Of a DNA stretch of 64,000 nucleotides, positions 48,391 through 57,355 are shown piece after piece. The first letter of the stretch is position 1, and every line of letters begins with the position of its first letter. Below the pieces are notes generated by a model. It was given only the letters and a program-made list of their open reading frames with translations. It did no database searches and was not told where the DNA came from. Position numbers and translations under genes: made by a program. Origin of the DNA: Thermoplasmata archaeon. Lineage in GTDB: Archaea > Thermoplasmatota > Thermoplasmata > Lutacidiplasmatales > UBA184. The stretch spans positions 27,123-91,122 of the forward strand of contig JAKAYT010000002.1 in NCBI GenBank assembly GCA_021826685.1. The letters are read 5' to 3'.

Positions 48391-48519
48391 ATGCCCGCTC
48401 CGCCGTCCAGGGAGATCCCGCGAGCGTTCTTGGTCACGGTCTTCGCGGTAGGGATCGCGGTTGCAGTCGCGGTCGCGGTCCTAGGCTTTTACGGGTACAT
48501 CGGCGCGGGAATCCCGTGA
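48391..48519 (+). CDS. putative 42-aa single-TM micro-protein
   Basis: ATG 48391..TGA 48519 (below the ORF-track size cut): MPAPPSREIPRAFLVTVFAVGIAVAVAVAVLGFYGYIGAGIP. Confidence 0.3.
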   Translation: MPAPPSREIPRAFLVTVFAVGIAVAVAVAVLGFYGYIGAGIP

Positions 48520-48713
48520 TCCCCCCGGGCGTCTATCGTACGAGTCGAGCCCAGATAAACCGCCCCGGACGTGAAGCGGGCGTGGCAGTCGGGCGGCCAG
48601 CGGCTTCGGAGAAGAAATACAACCCTTACTTGGGCTGGGTGGTCGGAGGCATTCTCATCCTCGCGATCTTCGCGGTGATGGGAGTCTTCTGGTTCATGTA
48701 CCATCCCTTGTAG
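48516..48713 (+). CDS. putative 65-aa single-TM small protein
   Basis: GTG overlaps the previous stop (GTGA). C-terminal TM LGWVVGGILILAIFAVMGVFWFMY. The local codon GC3 is lower than in the surroundings. Confidence 0.35.
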   Translation: MIPPGVYRTSRAQINRPGREAGVAVGRPAASEKKYNPYLGWVVGGILILAIFAVMGVFWFMYHPL

Positions 48714-49251
48714 CGCCGGACGCCCAGCATTCGGGCGCGCGGTAGGCGTAGACCGCCCCGGACGTGGCGTACGGGACCCAGCCCGGTATCGGATGGTAGT
48801 GCGTCACGAACCGAGCTCCGCGCGGGAGTTCTCGTTCGAGTTTGGGCCGAAGGCGAGCCATCGTCGAGGGCCAGAGGAATGCGAAGACAACATTCGCCCG
48901 GGTCAAGTCCTCGTCGAAGAGATTCCCCCGGACGATCGTCACCCGATCCCGATCGTTCCCCCATCTCTGGCGGAGGGACAGAATGACAGCTCGAAGGCGA
49001 TCGATCTCGACGGCGCGCACTCGTGATCCCCGATCGCGAGCCACCCGCAGCGCGAGCTCGCCGGTCCCCGCGCCGAGATCGATCACGAGGTCGGTCGCGG
49101 AAGGGTTCGCGAGGCGGATCATTCGATCCGCGACGCGGGCCGGCGTCGGTTCGTACCCCGCCCCGTAGGCGAACGATCCGAAGAAGAAGTACACGAAGAA
49201 CCCGAGGCCGGCGAGGATCGTGAGAAGTCCCGCGACCGCCATCGGGACCAT
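48694..49251 (-). CDS. membrane-anchored class I SAM-dependent methyltransferase
   Basis: N-terminal TM (VAGLLTILAGLGFFVYFFF), then motif I VIDLGAGTGELAL. Confidence 0.7.
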   Translation of the reverse strand: MVPMAVAGLLTILAGLGFFVYFFFGSFAYGAGYEPTPARVADRMIRLANPSATDLVIDLGAGTGELALRVARDRGSRVRAVEIDRLRAVILSLRQRWGNDRDRVTIVRGNLFDEDLTRANVVFAFLWPSTMARLRPKLERELPRGARFVTHYHPIPGWVPYATSGAVYAYRAPECWASGATRDGT

Positions 49252-50208
49252 CTACGCGCGCCCCTTCCTCCGCTCCTGCCACCAACGACGCGCGGCGGTC
49301 TCGGGGTCGATTCGGTGGGCGAGTACCGGCTCGACGCGCCGCGGAAGGCTCGGGTCCCGCGACAGGTCCGCGACGAACCGAGATTCCGCGAGGGCTAGGA
49401 TCTCCTGGGTCAACCGACGGCGTTCTCCTTCGAGGCGTTTGCCGCTCGAGTCGAGGTAGTGTTCGTGGGCTTCGATCGCCTGCCATAGTTCGGGGATCCC
49501 CGAGGGGATCGTCGTCGATGTAGCGACCACGGGCACCCTCCAGCCGGGATCCACGCTGCCCAAGGATGCGAGCTCGGCGAGGTCGCGCCGGGCCCGGTCC
49601 GCGCCGGGCAGATCTGACTTGTTCACGCAGAACACGTCGGCGATCTCGAAGAGCCCCGCCTTGAGCGTCTGGACCTCATCGCCGAGATGAGGGACGAGGA
49701 CGACAACGCTCGTGGTCGCGACCTGCCGGATCTCGACGTCGACTTGGCCGCTCCCGACGGTTTCGACGAGGACGATCCCGAATCCCGCGGCCTCCAACAG
49801 GCGCACGACCTCCCGCGTCGCCCGGGCGAGTCCGCCGGCGTGGCCTCGGGTCGCCATGGAGCGGATGAAGATCCCCGGGTCGTCGGGAGGTCGATCCAGC
49901 CGAATCCGGTCGCCGAGGACCGACCCTCCCGAGAACGGGCTCGACGGATCGACGGCCACGACCGCGACCTTCTTCCCGAGCGAGCGCACGTGAGCGAGCA
50001 GCGCGTTGATGAGCGAGGACTTGCCTACTCCGAGCGGTCCGGCCAGCCCGATGAGCCACGCATGGCCGGTGTGGGGATAGATCGCCCGCAAGACCTCGCG
50101 CGCCCCGGGATCATCGTTTTCCGCGCCGGTGATGAGGCGCGCGAGGGCGCGACGGTCACCGTCGATCAGGGCTTGGGCCGCCGGCGGGAAGCGGCGGGCC
50201 GGGCTCAT
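49252..50208 (-). CDS. meaB: methylmalonyl-CoA mutase-associated GTPase MeaB (ArgK)
   Basis: [15 protein letters not shown]-loop, ..VETVGSGQ.., ..NKSD.. Confidence 0.85.
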   Translation of the reverse strand: MSPARRFPPAAQALIDGDRRALARLITGAENDDPGAREVLRAIYPHTGHAWLIGLAGPLGVGKSSLINALLAHVRSLGKKVAVVAVDPSSPFSGGSVLGDRIRLDRPPDDPGIFIRSMATRGHAGGLARATREVVRLLEAAGFGIVLVETVGSGQVDVEIRQVATTSVVVLVPHLGDEVQTLKAGLFEIADVFCVNKSDLPGADRARRDLAELASLGSVDPGWRVPVVATSTTIPSGIPELWQAIEAHEHYLDSSGKRLEGERRRLTQEILALAESRFVADLSRDPSLPRRVEPVLAHRIDPETAARRWWQERRKGRA

Positions 50209-50657
50209 GAGGCCCGGCCGGCGAGGCGCTTCGCGGACTTCACGATCTCTTCGAGAGATGCGCCGGGTCCGAATATCGCCTTGACCCCGAGCTTGCGCAG
50301 CTGTCGGGCGTCCTCGTCGGGTATGATCCCTCCCACGAACACGGGAATCCGCCCGGATCTCTCCTTACGCATGAGTTCGAGGATCTTCGGGATCAACGCC
50401 ATGTGCGCTCCCGAGAGGATGGAAAGCCCGACGATGTCGACGTCCTCCTCCATCGCGGCCTGCACGATCGCCTCGGGCGTCTGACGAAGGCCGGCGTAGA
50501 TGACCTCCATCCCCGCGTCCCGCAGAGCGCGCGCCACGACCTTGGCCCCTCGATCGTGCCCGTCCAGTCCCGGTTTCGCAATCAGAACGCGGATCGGAGG
50601 CTGTTTCTTTGCCGCAGGCATTCCCGCTCCGGCACCGACGAATTGCGATGTGCCCAA
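50205..50657 (-). CDS. methylmalonyl-CoA mutase B12-binding small subunit
   Basis: ..[13 protein letters not shown].. cobalamin DxHxxG-type motif and ..[14 protein letters not shown]..; alternative start at Met13 (50621). Confidence 0.8.
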   Translation of the reverse strand: MGTSQFVGAGAGMPAAKKQPPIRVLIAKPGLDGHDRGAKVVARALRDAGMEVIYAGLRQTPEAIVQAAMEEDVDIVGLSILSGAHMALIPKILELMRKERSGRIPVFVGGIIPDEDARQLRKLGVKAIFGPGASLEEIVKSAKRLAGRAS

Positions 50658-51041
50658 AAGGTTGTGCGTGGCTGCCCGCCATTCCTGTTAGGGAGGTCCG
50701 GCCCCGGAGCGAGCATCGTTCGCCGTTCCTACGGAGGGTGTGGGTCTCTTCTCGCCTTCCATGGTTCGCCCGGGCGGTGAGTCTGCCCATCCCCTGGAGA
50801 CCGCGGGTTCTTCCTGATGCACCGTGACTCCCCCGGGCAATGGCCGGAGCCGCGGGTCCCTCCCGCGCACGGGAAGGTCGCATGGCGCTGACCGGGGTTC
50901 ACGGGGCCAAACCGCCGCGGAGTGTTCGGCCCAGGAACCGCGCTTAGGAGCCCGACAGAGGATGATCGCCGAGGCGCCGAGAGAGTTAGATCCCCGAGCC
51001 CGAGCGGCGAGGGACCACAGTGGTGCTTCCCGTTCGGAGAG

Positions 51042-51956
51042 CTACCGGAGGGCAAAGAGGTTGGCGAGGAGGTTCCCGGCCACCCACGCGAGCAAGGCAC
51101 CGGCCGCAAGAAAGGCGACCAGAGGGATCTGCGGGGTCACGCGCACACGATCTACGCCGCGCGCCGCCAGTTCTCGCGCCGCGACGGAGCGACCCTGCCG
51201 GTCTTCCTGTGACGTCATCGCCCTCTCGGCCGTTTCTGCACGTCGCTCGCGGCGTTCTCGAACCCAAACGTAACGACGGGCCAGGTCGCCCACGGGGATG
51301 GTGTAACTGACGAACCCGTCGCGGGCCGAGAACTCTTTGCGCCGCAGGTTGAGTACGGCGATCGTTACGGGGACCGCGATCACGACGAGCACGAGCCCGT
51401 TGATCAGGGCATTCAGAGCGAACGGAACGACGTCCGCGAACTGTTGGGCCGGCGCCGGAAGGACGAGGAGGGTGGCCGGCGACAGCGGCACCAGGACGGA
51501 CATGGCCATGAGCGCCCGAGCATCGGCGGCACCCCAAAGCGCCCCTACCTCGTAGAGGGCGCGGGCGATCACGACGACCGCCAACGTGGCCACGACGGCG
51601 TCCGGAACCCCCCGAGCCGAGAGACCGTAGAGCCCGATCGCGACGGCGACAGCCACGACGCACGCAACGAACGCCGATAGCTCGATCCAGCGCCCCGCGA
51701 GTTGGGAGCGCCGATGCAGGGGAGTTTCCCAATCGAAGAAGTGTTCCACCGCGAGGCCGACGACGAGGAGCCAAAGGACGAGGCCGAGAGCGGAGGAGTT
51801 TGAGGAGAGAAGCACCGCGCCCAAGCCGGCCCCGACGATCCCCATGACCTGCCAACACCCGTCCGGGACCTCCCGCTGGAGAATGTCCCAGACCGAGGCG
51901 ACCAGCATCCCGACCAGCAGTGCGACCAGAGCGAGCTCCGCGAGAACGCCGGACAT
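51042..51956 (-). CDS. archaeal type IV prepilin/preflagellin peptidase (A24 family, FlaK/PibD-like)
   Basis: Polytopic membrane protein. First catalytic Asp in ..SVWDILQREVPD.., second in ..WGAADARALMAM.. (GxxDxK/A motif). Confidence 0.7.
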   Translation of the reverse strand: MSGVLAELALVALLVGMLVASVWDILQREVPDGCWQVMGIVGAGLGAVLLSSNSSALGLVLWLLVVGLAVEHFFDWETPLHRRSQLAGRWIELSAFVACVVAVAVAIGLYGLSARGVPDAVVATLAVVVIARALYEVGALWGAADARALMAMSVLVPLSPATLLVLPAPAQQFADVVPFALNALINGLVLVVIAVPVTIAVLNLRRKEFSARDGFVSYTIPVGDLARRYVWVRERRERRAETAERAMTSQEDRQGRSVAARELAARGVDRVRVTPQIPLVAFLAAGALLAWVAGNLLANLFALR

Positions 51957-51994
51957 GGTCGCCTGGCCCCGGACAGTCCGACGTGGCGCCCGCG

Positions 51995-52001
51995 TTATAA
52001 A
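51995..52001. promoter_or_regulatory. TTATAAA TATA box in the 110-bp divergent gap
   Basis: About 40 bp from the peptidase start (minus) and about 70 bp from GTG 52067 (plus). Confidence 0.4.
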
Positions 52002-52066
52002 CGGCAGGTTACCGTGGAATCTCGGTCGGACGAGAGCTCAATAGGACCGTGTAACTTCTCCACCCC

Positions 52067-53026
52067 GTGAGCGCAGCGGCATCCTCGGCTCCTTCCGAGC
52101 CTCCGACCCCGACAAGTGTGGCCCCTTCTCCTGCGTCCTCGTCGTTTGTTCCGGAAGCCGGGGGCGGCCCTCCTCCCCCGGCTTCTCCCGCACGGCGGCC
52201 CCGCTGGCTGGTGCCGACGGCGTCGACCGTGGTGGCGGTGATCGTGATCGTCGTGGTCCTCATCGCCGTCGGCGTGATCCCGCTGCCCGCCGGCGCCGTG
52301 ACGAAAGTCCCAACATACGCTACGGCCCAAGGACCGGCGAACTCGGCCGCATCGGGAGTGCGCGGCGGCCCGTGGGGCGACGTCCTCGCGGGGGGATTGG
52401 CTCTCACCGCCGGGACTAGCGTGGCCGTCGAGGAGCTGGAAGCGGCGTACGCGAGCATTGGATGCAATGTCAGCTATCCCGCCGGCAGCCCGTCCTCGAT
52501 CTACATCCCCCCGACGGACGCGAACGCGACGGCGGGCGGAGCGGCCGCCTGGATCTTCGAGTACACGAATGCCACGGGTTTACTCCTGGTCGCGGTGCTC
52601 AACGGCTCGGCCACGCCGCTGTTCGCCGCGCACGGAGGTTACTGTTCTCTCGTGGCGCTGGAGCCGCCTCTCACGCACTACGGCAGCCTAGTCGATTCGA
52701 GCGTGGCCGTGCGCGCTGTGGACGCGGTCGGCGGCGCTCAATTCTTGGAAAACTACACTCAGACCCAGCGCGTCTGGTACCTTTCGGGGGATCCCGTCAC
52801 CGATCAAGCGACGTGGTCCGTCACTTACACTACGTGCGCGGTCACGAGCACCGGGTCGACGACCGGATACTTTTTCAACGCCACGGTAGATGCGTCGACG
52901 GGCGACGTGATCACTCATTCGACGACGAACTCGTCGTGCTCTGCCTCGGGGGTCGTTCCTGAGTCCGCCCCGCCCTCTCCGTCGATGGTGGTGAGCTCGC
53001 GCGGACTCGTGGTCCGGAGCGCCTGA
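52067..53026 (+). CDS. hypothetical type-II membrane-anchored extracellular protein, N-glycosylation-sequon-rich
   Basis: Pro/Ser-rich N-terminus, TM WLVPTASTVVAVIVIVVVLIAVGV, then a Thr/Ser/Ala-rich domain with 7 N-x-S/T sequons. Confidence 0.55.
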   Translation: MSAAASSAPSEPPTPTSVAPSPASSSFVPEAGGGPPPPASPARRPRWLVPTASTVVAVIVIVVVLIAVGVIPLPAGAVTKVPTYATAQGPANSAASGVRGGPWGDVLAGGLALTAGTSVAVEELEAAYASIGCNVSYPAGSPSSIYIPPTDANATAGGAAAWIFEYTNATGLLLVAVLNGSATPLFAAHGGYCSLVALEPPLTHYGSLVDSSVAVRAVDAVGGAQFLENYTQTQRVWYLSGDPVTDQATWSVTYTTCAVTSTGSTTGYFFNATVDASTGDVITHSTTNSSCSASGVVPESAPPSPSMVVSSRGLVVRSA

Positions 53027-53113
53027 GCTCCGGCCGCGATCGAGGAAAGGGACGAGCGAGCCCGTCTCGCACCGGCCCTCCGGCGGGCCGCTGACCGATT
53101 CTCGCGGTAAGCG

Positions 53114-53120
53114 TTTTAAA
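53114..53120 (+). promoter_or_regulatory. TTTTAAA TATA box about 40 bp upstream of rps6e
   Basis: Read directly. Confidence 0.4.
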
Positions 53121-53157
53121 GCAGGTCCAACTGGCGCGCGCGCTCATAGGCCCATCG

Positions 53158-53541
53158 ATGGTGGAATACAAGCTCGTGATCTCGGATGCGAGCAAATCCT
53201 ACGCTCGCACGGTGGCCGACCCGCAATCGGCCGGGTTCCTCGGTAAGCGGATCGGGGAGACGGTCGGAGGGGAGCTGATCGGCGCCTCCGGCTACACGTT
53301 CCGGCTCACGGGAGGCACCGACCGGAGCGGGTTCCCCCTGCGACCCGACCTCCCGGGAGCTCGCCAGATGCGTCTCTACGTGGGGGACGGCTTCGGATTC
53401 GCCGCGCCGCGAGCGGGGATGCGTAAGCGCCGCACGTTCCGTGGGAACACGATCAGCGAGGACACCGTCCAGATCAACCTGGTCGTCGATCAGAGAGGCT
53501 CAAAGCCGCTCGCGGAACTGTTGGGCGCGAGCGCGTCATGA
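53158..53541 (+). CDS. rps6e: 30S ribosomal protein S6e
   Basis: MVEYKLVISDASKSYARTV..GYTFRLTGGTDRSGFPL. Confidence 0.85.
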   Translation: MVEYKLVISDASKSYARTVADPQSAGFLGKRIGETVGGELIGASGYTFRLTGGTDRSGFPLRPDLPGARQMRLYVGDGFGFAAPRAGMRKRRTFRGNTISEDTVQINLVVDQRGSKPLAELLGASAS

Positions 53542-54773
53542 AGGTTCCTCGTCAACCCGAAGTGAACATCGGCCTGGTGGGCCACGTCGACCACGGCAAG
53601 ACCACCCTGACCCAAGCGCTCACCGGTGAGTGGACCGACCGCCATTCCGAGGAGCTCAAGCGCGGCATCTCGATCAAGTTGGGATACGCCGACACGGCGT
53701 TCTACCGCTGTGCGGCGTGCCCGCCGCCCCGCTGTTACACGACGGATCCGGCCTGCCCCAACTGCGGAGGCGAGGCGAAGTTCCTCCGCGCGGTCTCCTT
53801 CGTCGACGCTCCGGGCCACGAGACGCTGATGGCTACGATGCTCAGCGGCGCCGCGCTCATGGATGGGGCCCTGCTCCTCGTCGCAGCGAATGAACCCGCG
53901 CCCCAGCCCCAGACGCGCGAGCACCTCTACGCGCTGGACATCATCGGCGTCCACAAGGTGGTCGTCGTCCAGAACAAAATCGACCTGCTCACGAGCGAGC
54001 AGGCCATGGAGAACTATCGCCAGATCCGTGAGTTCCTTTCCGGCTCTCCAATCGCTTCCGCACCGATCGTGCCCATCAGCGCGAACCACAAGGTCAACAT
54101 CGACGCGCTCATCGAGGCGATCGAGGAGACGATCCCGACTCCTGCCCGAGATCCGACGAAACCCCCGTTGATGTACGTCGCCCGATCCTTTGACATCAAC
54201 CGTCCCGGGACACGGCCGAAAGAGCTGCGCGGGGGCGTTCTCGGCGGTTCACTGCTGCAGGGGCGCTTGAAGGCCGGTGACGAGATCGAGATCCGCCCCG
54301 GACTCGCGGCATCCGGCGGGGGGACCGTGGAGTCGCTGCGCGCGAAGATCACGACGATCCTGGCCGGGGGACAGGAAATCGACGAACTCCGACCCGGCGG
54401 ACTGGCCGCGATTGCGACGACCCTCGACCCCTCCTTGACGAAGGGAGACGGGCTCACCGGTCGCCTCGTGGGGACCCCCGGAACGCTACCCCCCGTCAGT
54501 CAGAAGATCCGGATCCGCACGACGCTCCTCGACCGCATCCTCGGCGCCGAGCGTGAGATGAAGGTAGAGAAGATACGGACCAGCGAGATCCTTGCGATCA
54601 CCGTCGGCACCACGATTGCGCCCGGAAAAGTGACGAGTGCGCGCGGCGACGAGGTCGAGCTCTCGCTCGGACGCGCGGTGACGGTCTTCCCGGAGAGTCG
54701 GGTCGCGATTTCGCGTAAGCTGAATGCCTGGCGGCTCATCGGATATGGTATCGTCCAGGGGACGGCCAAATGA
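53538..54773 (+). CDS. eif2g: translation initiation factor 2 gamma subunit
   Basis: NIGLVGHVDHGKTTL, zinc ribbon CAACPPPRCYTTDPACPNCGGE, ..DAPGHE.., NKIDL. Confidence 0.9.
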   Translation: MKVPRQPEVNIGLVGHVDHGKTTLTQALTGEWTDRHSEELKRGISIKLGYADTAFYRCAACPPPRCYTTDPACPNCGGEAKFLRAVSFVDAPGHETLMATMLSGAALMDGALLLVAANEPAPQPQTREHLYALDIIGVHKVVVVQNKIDLLTSEQAMENYRQIREFLSGSPIASAPIVPISANHKVNIDALIEAIEETIPTPARDPTKPPLMYVARSFDINRPGTRPKELRGGVLGGSLLQGRLKAGDEIEIRPGLAASGGGTVESLRAKITTILAGGQEIDELRPGGLAAIATTLDPSLTKGDGLTGRLVGTPGTLPPVSQKIRIRTTLLDRILGAEREMKVEKIRTSEILAITVGTTIAPGKVTSARGDEVELSLGRAVTVFPESRVAISRKLNAWRLIGYGIVQGTAK

Positions 54774-54952
54774 GACCCGAGCTGATGGAGATCCTCCGCT
54801 GCCCGATGTGCCGCGCGGAGCTGTCCCTCGAAGCGACCCGCACGGAGGGCACTGAGATCGTCACCGGGACCCTGACGTGCACCAAGTGCCATACCGTCTT
54901 CCCGATCGAGGACGGGATCCCGGATCTACTTCCACCCGAAGATCGCGACTGA
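54770..54952 (+). CDS. trm112: Trm112-like zinc-ribbon protein
   Basis: LMEILRCPMCRAELS..LTCTKCHTVFPIEDGIPDLL. Confidence 0.7.
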   Translation: MRPELMEILRCPMCRAELSLEATRTEGTEIVTGTLTCTKCHTVFPIEDGIPDLLPPEDRD

Positions 54953-54965
54953 TCGTCGCCGCGGC

Positions 54966-56399
54966 GTGCCCTCGAGGGGATCGCGGGAATCCCCCAAGCG
55001 CTCTAAACTCCCCCGGGAGGGCCCTTACAGGTCGAGACTAAGGGTTAAGGCCCGAAGGTCCGAGGCACCGAGCGTGAGCCGGCGCGACGATCCCAGTGAC
55101 GACCTCGAGGAGGAGGAGGAGGACTCGGGAGAGGAGGAAAAGGCAACGCCCTCCCGCCGCCGCGCGACCTCCTCGAGGGCCTCCCGCCGACCGGCGTACC
55201 CGCCCGCGCCCCGGCCGATCCGCCCGTGGCGTTCGAAGGCGGGCGTCCCCGAAGATGACGTGGCCGCCAGCCGACGAGAACTGCTGGAGGCCAAGCTCAA
55301 CGCCCGGCGATCGTCACCCACCTACTGGAGGTTCCGCGACTCGTTCTGGTTCGTCCCGCTCATAGCGGTCCTCATTCTCCTCCTGGTGATCGGAGGGCTC
55401 GTCGCCTACACGAGCAGCTGGCCCCCGGTCTACGTGGTCCAGTCCGAGAGCATGCAGCACGGGCCGAACGATCAGCTTGGGCTCATCAACACCGGCGACC
55501 TGGTATTGAGCAAGAAGGTCTCGTTCGATTCGATCACGCCCTACGTCGTCGCGATGGCGTCCCGCTACACGACCTACGGTGAGTACGGGGACGTCGTCTT
55601 GTACGAACCGAACGGCGGTACCGCGACTCCGATCATCCATCGCGCGATCGTCTACCTCCAGTACAACGCGAACGGGACGTACTCCGCGCCTAGCCTGGCC
55701 GGGCTCCCGTGCGGGACCGCGGCGAATGCGGTCTACCGGGTGACCTCGAGCCCGAACGGATGCGGTGCCCTCGGGATGTCCGGTGAGCTCGTGCTCTATC
55801 ACATCGGCTGGCGGGACGCGACCGTGAACATCACCTTGAGCCCGGAGGATCTGGGAGCGCACTCCGGCCTCGTGACGATGGGCGATAACAACCTCTCGCC
55901 TCAGGGGTGTTCCACCGGCTGCTACGGCATCGCCGACCAGGCCGACGGAGCGAGCACGCTCGTGGAGCCGGGCTGGGTGATCGGCGTCGCACGCGGAATG
56001 ATCCCTTGGATCGGCGCCGCCCGCCTGCTGATCGCCGGGAACGCCGGGGAGGTTCCCTCCCAATCGTGGGAGTTCCTCGGCCTCTCGGTCGTCGCGATCG
56101 TCCTCGTCGGATTCGCCATCTCCTACGCCTGGAGCTCCTTCCGTCCGGTAGATCCTCGGCGGGCCGCGGTCCGAGAGCGGGAGGATGCGGTCCGTCGCGA
56201 GCAAGAGCAGACAGCCGAAATGGAGGACGGAGGGAGCGTGCGACGTTGGTTCCACCGACGGGCGCGGGACGAGGACGAAGAGCCCGAGAAGACGCGATCG
56301 CCCCGCGCGGTCCGAGGCCGGCCGAAGCCGAAGGTCCGCCGGAACGGCCCTTCGCGGCCGAGGCGGGCCGACGCAGAGGACGAAGACGACGAGCTCTAG
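54966..56399 (+). CDS. signal peptidase I (archaeal Sec11/S26B type) with long charged N- and C-terminal extensions
   Basis: TM then ..VVQSESMQHG.. (catalytic Ser) and ..LVTMGDNNLSPQ.. (His/Asp box), then a C-terminal TM. The N-terminal ~120 aa are Arg/Ser-rich with a DDLEEEEEDSGEEE tract. The start is uncertain (no internal ATG before the catalytic Ser). Confidence 0.7.
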   Translation: MPSRGSRESPKRSKLPREGPYRSRLRVKARRSEAPSVSRRDDPSDDLEEEEEDSGEEEKATPSRRRATSSRASRRPAYPPAPRPIRPWRSKAGVPEDDVAASRRELLEAKLNARRSSPTYWRFRDSFWFVPLIAVLILLLVIGGLVAYTSSWPPVYVVQSESMQHGPNDQLGLINTGDLVLSKKVSFDSITPYVVAMASRYTTYGEYGDVVLYEPNGGTATPIIHRAIVYLQYNANGTYSAPSLAGLPCGTAANAVYRVTSSPNGCGALGMSGELVLYHIGWRDATVNITLSPEDLGAHSGLVTMGDNNLSPQGCSTGCYGIADQADGASTLVEPGWVIGVARGMIPWIGAARLLIAGNAGEVPSQSWEFLGLSVVAIVLVGFAISYAWSSFRPVDPRRAAVREREDAVRREQEQTAEMEDGGSVRRWFHRRARDEDEEPEKTRSPRAVRGRPKPKVRRNGPSRPRRADAEDEDDEL

Positions 56400-56421
56400 T
56401 TCCCATCGTCCGAGCACAACT

Positions 56422-56428
56422 TCTTTAA
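56422..56428 (+). promoter_or_regulatory. TATA-like TCTTTAA about 35 bp upstream of prs
   Basis: Read directly. Confidence 0.3.
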
Positions 56429-56461
56429 CGCGCCCGCGAGTCGCATCGTGGGGAACCCCGA

Positions 56462-57340
56462 ATGCATGTCATCGGAGGCACGGCCTCCACCGACCTCGCC
56501 GAACGCATTTCCCGGGAGCTCGGCAACGCCCCGTTCAGCGTTCCGTTCATGAAGCGGTTCCCGGACGGCGAGCTCTACCTGCGCGTCGGCGGGAACTTCC
56601 AGAACGAGGACGTGGTGATCGTACAATCGACCCGCTCCGACCAGGACCTCCTCGAGCTCCTCCTCCTTCAGGACGCGGTGCGAGAAGGGGGGGCGCGCCG
56701 GGCGATCGTCGTGGTCCCGTACTTTGGTTACGCACGGCAGGATCGCCGCTTCTTCCCCGGCGAACCGGTCAGCTCCCGGGCTCTCGCGCGCCACGTCGAG
56801 CTCGGTGCGGACGGCGTCGTCACGGTCGACCTGCACTCTTCTCTGACGCTCGCGCAGTTCACCAAGCCCGCGTTCGAGGCCAGTGCGATCCCGGCGTTCG
56901 CGCGCCAGCTTCGCCAGCGCCCGGTGGACGTGCTCGTCTCACCGGACAAAGGTGGGGCCGATCGGGTCCGACGTCTCGCCGACATCCTGGGCCGACCGTG
57001 GTTCGCCCTCGAAAAGAAGCGCCTCGACAGCGAGCATGTCGAATTGAAGCTCCCCGACCCGATCCCGTTCGACTTCCAAGGGAAGCAGGTCACCATCTTC
57101 GATGACGTCGTATCGACCGGCGGAACGATCGTCGAGGCGGCGAAAGTCCTCCGCGCCGCGGGAGCGAGCGCCGTCACCTCCGCCTGCACGCACGGTCTCT
57201 TCCTTCGGGATGCTTTCGAGCGGATCAAGGCGGTCGCGGACGATATCTACGCGACCGACACGTTGCAAAACGGCGCCCTCAAGGTATCGGTCGCCCCGGA
57301 TATCGCACGGCTCCTGGAGAAGGAGTTCGCTCCGCCGTAG
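56462..57340 (+). CDS. prs: ribose-phosphate pyrophosphokinase
   Basis: ..VVVPYFGYARQDRR.. and ..TIFDDVVSTGGTIVEAA.. PRPP-binding loop. Confidence 0.85.
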   Translation: MHVIGGTASTDLAERISRELGNAPFSVPFMKRFPDGELYLRVGGNFQNEDVVIVQSTRSDQDLLELLLLQDAVREGGARRAIVVVPYFGYARQDRRFFPGEPVSSRALARHVELGADGVVTVDLHSSLTLAQFTKPAFEASAIPAFARQLRQRPVDVLVSPDKGGADRVRRLADILGRPWFALEKKRLDSEHVELKLPDPIPFDFQGKQVTIFDDVVSTGGTIVEAAKVLRAAGASAVTSACTHGLFLRDAFERIKAVADDIYATDTLQNGALKVSVAPDIARLLEKEFAPP

Positions 57341-57355
57341 TCGGACAGCCGGGCC

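Noticed and set aside
50658-51041. Tried to recognise SRP RNA, RNase P RNA or box C/D motifs in the long non-coding gap.
   Set aside because: No convincing conserved motifs (helix-8 GGAA/AGCAG, CR-I/CR-V, RUGAUGA...CUGA pairs) were found by eye. It is kept only as a candidate finding.
52067-53026. Considered calling the sequon-rich protein a type IV pilin or archaellin substrate of the adjacent prepilin peptidase.
   Set aside because: The N-terminus lacks the short basic leader plus G/A cleavage site plus hydrophobic stretch of class III signals. It has a 60-aa Pro/Ser-rich cytoplasmic-like N-terminus before the TM helix.
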